Shown here: piece by piece, positions 62,775 through 64,000 of the stretch
Layout: every line of letters begins with the position of its first letter
Position numbering within the stretch: the first letter of the stretch is position 1
DNA from: an uncultured Gemmatimonadales bacterium
GTDB lineage: Bacteria; Gemmatimonadota; Gemmatimonadetes; Longimicrobiales; RSA9
Assembly: GCA_963798845.1 (NCBI GenBank)
Contig: CAWCUS010000001.1
Location: forward strand, 672,001 to 736,000
Length of the DNA: 64,000 bases
Direction of reading: 5' to 3'
Notes under the pieces: model-generated
The model's database searches: none
The model's input: the letters and a program-made list of their open reading frames with translations, nothing else
Told to the model about the DNA's origin: nothing
Made by a program: the position numbers and the translations under genes

Positions 62775-64000
62775 ATGCCCGACCAGGATGAACGATACGG
62801 GGCGGTCCGCCCGCCGGAGGAGCTGAATCCTCGGCGGGAGGCGGCGCTCGACTTTCGCCAGCGAGCGCTCGGCGACATGACGCCGGCCGACTATGACGCC
62901 ATCGGCTTCCTCGCCGGGCTCGAGGTCCACCAGCAGCTTCTGACCACTTCGAAGCTCTTCTGCCGATGCCCTGCAGGCCGGCGTTTCGAGCACGCCGATG
63001 CCGAGGTGCTGCGCCACATGCGGCCCACGCTCAGCGAGCTGGGCGAGTACGACGGCACGGCGCTGATGGAGTTCAAGACGCGCAAGGAGATCGTCTACCT
63101 GCTGGAGCGGCGCACCGTCTGCACGTACGAGATGGACGACACGCCGCCGTTCCCGGTGGACGAGGAAGCGGTCCGCATCGCGGTCGAGCTGGCCATGCTC
63201 TTCGACCTGAAGCTGGTCTCGGAGCTCCACGTCATGCGCAAGCAGTATCTGGACGGCTCGATCCCCACGGGTTTCCAGCGCACGGCCATGGTCGGGCTCG
63301 GCGGCAGCGTCCCGTTCCGGGTCCCCGAGCTCGGCGTGGACCGGCCGCTCACCATCCGGCAGCTCTCGCTGGAGGAGGACTCCTGCCGCGAGGTCAGCGA
63401 CGTGGGCCACCGCATCGTGTTCCGCGCCGACCGCCTGGGCGTCCCCCTCACCGAGGTGGTCACGGAGCCCGAGCTGCGCACGCCCTGGGAGCTTCAGGCC
63501 GCAGGCCGCCTCATCGCAAGCGCCGCCCGTGCCACCGGCCACGTCCGCCGCGGCCCCGGCGCCGCCCGTCAGGACGTGAACGTCTCGGTCGCCGGCGGCA
63601 GGCGGGTGGAGATCAAGGGCGTGCCGCGCCACCGCGGGCTCCCGCTCCTCGTCCACATCGAGGCATTCCGGCAGCTCGCCCTGCTGCGCGTGCAGGCCGA
63701 GCTGGAGCGACGCGGCGTCACCACCGCCCTGCTCCCGCTGCCCGGCGACGATGCGCCGGCGTGGGAATCGTCGACGCTGGTGGCGGACGCGTCCGGCACC
63801 CTCGCCCGCACCGGCCACACCCCGCTGCGCAGTGCGCTGGACCGGGGCGAGACCGCCGTGGCCGTGCGGCTCCCGGGCTTCGCCGGACTGCTCGACCAGC
63901 CGACGCAGACGGGCATCCCCTTCGGTCGTGAGCTGGCGGAGCGGGTGCAGGTCATCGCGTGCCCGGTCCACCGTCCGTTCATGGCTTGGAACGGCAGTGC
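62775..64000 (+). CDS. gatE: Glu-tRNA(Gln) amidotransferase subunit GatE (archaeal type), truncated by the window end
   Basis: Manual translation: DYDAIGFLAGLEVHQQL..KLFCRCP, RPTLSELGEYD, MRKQYLDGSIPTGFQRT, LEEDSCR, DRLGVPLTE, RRGPGAARQDVNVS, VEIKGV; no stop seen before 64000. Confidence 0.88.
   Translation, partial: MPDQDERYGAVRPPEELNPRREAALDFRQRALGDMTPADYDAIGFLAGLEVHQQLLTTSKLFCRCPAGRRFEHADAEVLRHMRPTLSELGEYDGTALMEFKTRKEIVYLLERRTVCTYEMDDTPPFPVDEEAVRIAVELAMLFDLKLVSELHVMRKQYLDGSIPTGFQRTAMVGLGGSVPFRVPELGVDRPLTIRQLSLEEDSCREVSDVGHRIVFRADRLGVPLTEVVTEPELRTPWELQAAGRLIASAARATGHVRRGPGAARQDVNVSVAGGRRVEIKGVPRHRGLPLLVHIEAFRQLALLRVQAELERRGVTTALLPLPGDDAPAWESSTLVADASGTLARTGHTPLRSALDRGETAVAVRLPGFAGLLDQPTQTGIPFGRELAERVQVIACPVHRPFMAWNGS

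Noticed and set aside
61344..62826. Long ORFs with EPLCEGEARAP / ASPSQRGSG repeats, also at 47680-48773
   Set aside because: They are translations of the non-triplet DNA repeats in several frames, not credible proteins
62775..64000. gatB
   Set aside because: Shares GLEVHxQL but lacks YFYPD, NRAG and EIKN motifs and has GatE-specific ones
1..64000. tRNA, rRNA, riboswitch, prophage or IS elements
   Set aside because: No recognisable cloverleaf, rRNA, integrase, transposase or phage genes by eye; a covariance-model search was not possible

Overview
High-GC bacterial chromosomal window with about 55 genes. The gene content (barrel-less plug and carboxypeptidase-like-domain proteins, 'ELRRRRV' TolB/TPR protein, many lipoproteins) suggests Gemmatimonadota; this is inference. 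I saw no rRNA, tRNA, CRISPR array, integrase or transposase. Main blocks: S9 peptidase, PBP1A, a six-gene lipid-inclusion-like operon (phasin-DUF2188, patatin, ArsA/GET3-HSP20, class I HMG-CoA reductase, WS/DGAT, ABC1/UbiB kinase), GH13 amylase, ABC transporter, S1/P1 nuclease, an eight-gene TIGR04290-methyltransferase/epimerase/CgeB-glycosyltransferase operon behind a sigma54-like promoter, MltD, glutamate dehydrogenase with two PEP-synthase-like ATP-grasp genes, YhbY, an Omp85 protein with a kinase-like N-domain, thioredoxin, FadD, M28 peptidase, CDF transporter, sdaAA/sdaAB, and an archaeal-type gatE that runs off the right end and is missing from the ORF track. The most unusual structure is a four-helix-bundle (IVP/Avd-like) gene bracketed by two inverted arrays of 24-30 nt repeats. 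Each unit is a constant core plus an exchangeable hairpin, mostly with a GNA loop. A third, gene-less array of the same family lies 14 kb away. Exported proteins are also rich in D-(S/T)-X motifs like the Bacteroidota O-glycosylation sequon. All family calls come from motif recognition by eye; no searches were run.
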